A DNA stretch of 64,000 bases from Nitrospirota bacterium (GTDB lineage Bacteria > Nitrospirota > UBA9217). The position numbers and the translations under genes were made by a program. Under the pieces are notes generated by a model. That model was not told the DNA's origin. It was given only the letters and a program-made list of their open reading frames with translations, and did not search any database. Shown one piece after another: positions 63,147 to 64,000 of the stretch. The number at the start of each line of letters is the position of its first letter. Within the stretch, counting starts at the first letter, position 1. The stretch is from contig CAWCKW010000010.1 of assembly GCA_963796285.1 (NCBI GenBank), forward strand, positions 15,717 through 79,716, read 5' to 3'.

Positions 63147-63551
63147 ATGATACAAAACAAGATCGTCGTGCGTTACCAGGATGGCCGTGTGTCAAAGGGC
63201 TATACGAACAATTTCATGCCCAACAAGGACGTCTTTCATCTCGTCCCGCTGGATGCCCCTGCCGGTTCCAAGCCGCTTGATGTTTACGTCAACGTATTGA
63301 AGGCTGTTTTTTTTGTGAAGGACTTCACCGGGGACCGTCAATACCAGGAGAAAAAAACATTCGATACAGTCAAACCGGTTGTGGGGAAAAAGATCAAGGT
63401 GGTTTTCAAGGACGGGGAGGAAGTCATCGGGACGACGCAGGGCTATCAACCCGGCCGGCCGGGCTTCTTCGTTTTTCCCGTTGATCCGCAATCGAACCTG
63501 GAACGTGTATTTGTTTTCTCCGCTGCAACTCGTGAGGTTTCGTTTATTTGA
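63147..63551 (+). CDS. Conserved hypothetical protein with an internal duplication
   Basis: aaggagg RBS, KIVVRYQDG and KIKVVFKDG halves, LKAVFFVKDF. Confidence 0.7.
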   Translation: MIQNKIVVRYQDGRVSKGYTNNFMPNKDVFHLVPLDAPAGSKPLDVYVNVLKAVFFVKDFTGDRQYQEKKTFDTVKPVVGKKIKVVFKDGEEVIGTTQGYQPGRPGFFVFPVDPQSNLERVFVFSAATREVSFI

Positions 63552-63776
63552 GCGTTGAATGAAGAAGAAAGCCGAGTGGATTGTTTTTTGCGACGGAAAA
63601 TAAAAAATGTCGGAAGCGGTATTGATAAAGAAGCTTCCGACATTACGGGAGGCAAATGGTTCGGACCCGTGAGTACGGCAGGAGGCGTAGTGTCCATTCA
63701 GAGCAAACCATTTTCACGGTACAAGTCACTTTGTATATACTCAATCCCACAGGCAATACGTGTAACCCGTCTTGGT

Positions 63777-63983
63777 TTACATCACCGATCCGGTTTGCAT
63801 TGTCGTGGTGCGGGCCCGACGGTTTTCATTTGGCAGAAGATTAAAGTAAGACAATACGAGATAGTGTAAGAGCTTTCGTCTCTCTGCCGGAGACATTCCC
63901 ACGTAGAGTGAGCTGTCGATCAAAATATTATTGATCTCTTTTTCCTGTTCCCTGATGATTTTAATGCTCTCTTGCCAGTTCAT
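63777..63983 (-). CDS. Small hypothetical protein
   Basis: 68-aa ORF, no recognised motif. Confidence 0.4.
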   Translation of the reverse strand: MNWQESIKIIREQEKEINNILIDSSLYVGMSPAERRKLLHYLVLSYFNLLPNENRRARTTTMQTGSVM

Positions 63984-64000
63984 AATACTTACCGAATGTC

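Overview
Bacterial genomic DNA of moderately high GC. Gene style suggests Nitrospirota or a Desulfobacterota-like lineage (inference). Many conserved genes carry single-base frameshifts that look like long-read indel errors. The left end (1-5.9 kb) is housekeeping: DEAD-box helicase, tsaD, DAHP synthase, nitroreductase, nitrilase-family amidase. About 7.7-55.7 kb is a large phosphate-starvation region. It holds phoB/phoR, a porin, psiE plus a GH1, a phosphite-oxidation operon ptxABCD, arsC, a second divergent PstSCAB-like transporter with two tandem phosphonoacetate-hydrolase-like enzymes, a putative P-free lipid operon (PHP, GT21, OlsF-like, flippase-like) and canonical pstSCAB-phoU. Twelve promoters share an array of four 11-bp Pho-box-like repeats, with a -10 hexamer 16 nt after the start of the last repeat. 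A module of [Pho promoter, 91-aa unknown protein, Pho promoter] occurs three times, each time in front of a different P-scavenging operon. On the minus strand sits a ferrosome-like cluster: DUF5132-like, HMA2, a 22-aa-repeat amphipathic protein, an HMA2-fused P2-type ATPase, a MetK paralogue lacking its methionine-binding residues, and a CDF transporter. The right end is an SOS region (dinB, lexA with a candidate operator, SRAP) interrupted by cassette-like genes with attC-like sites. No tRNA, rRNA or CRISPR array was seen.
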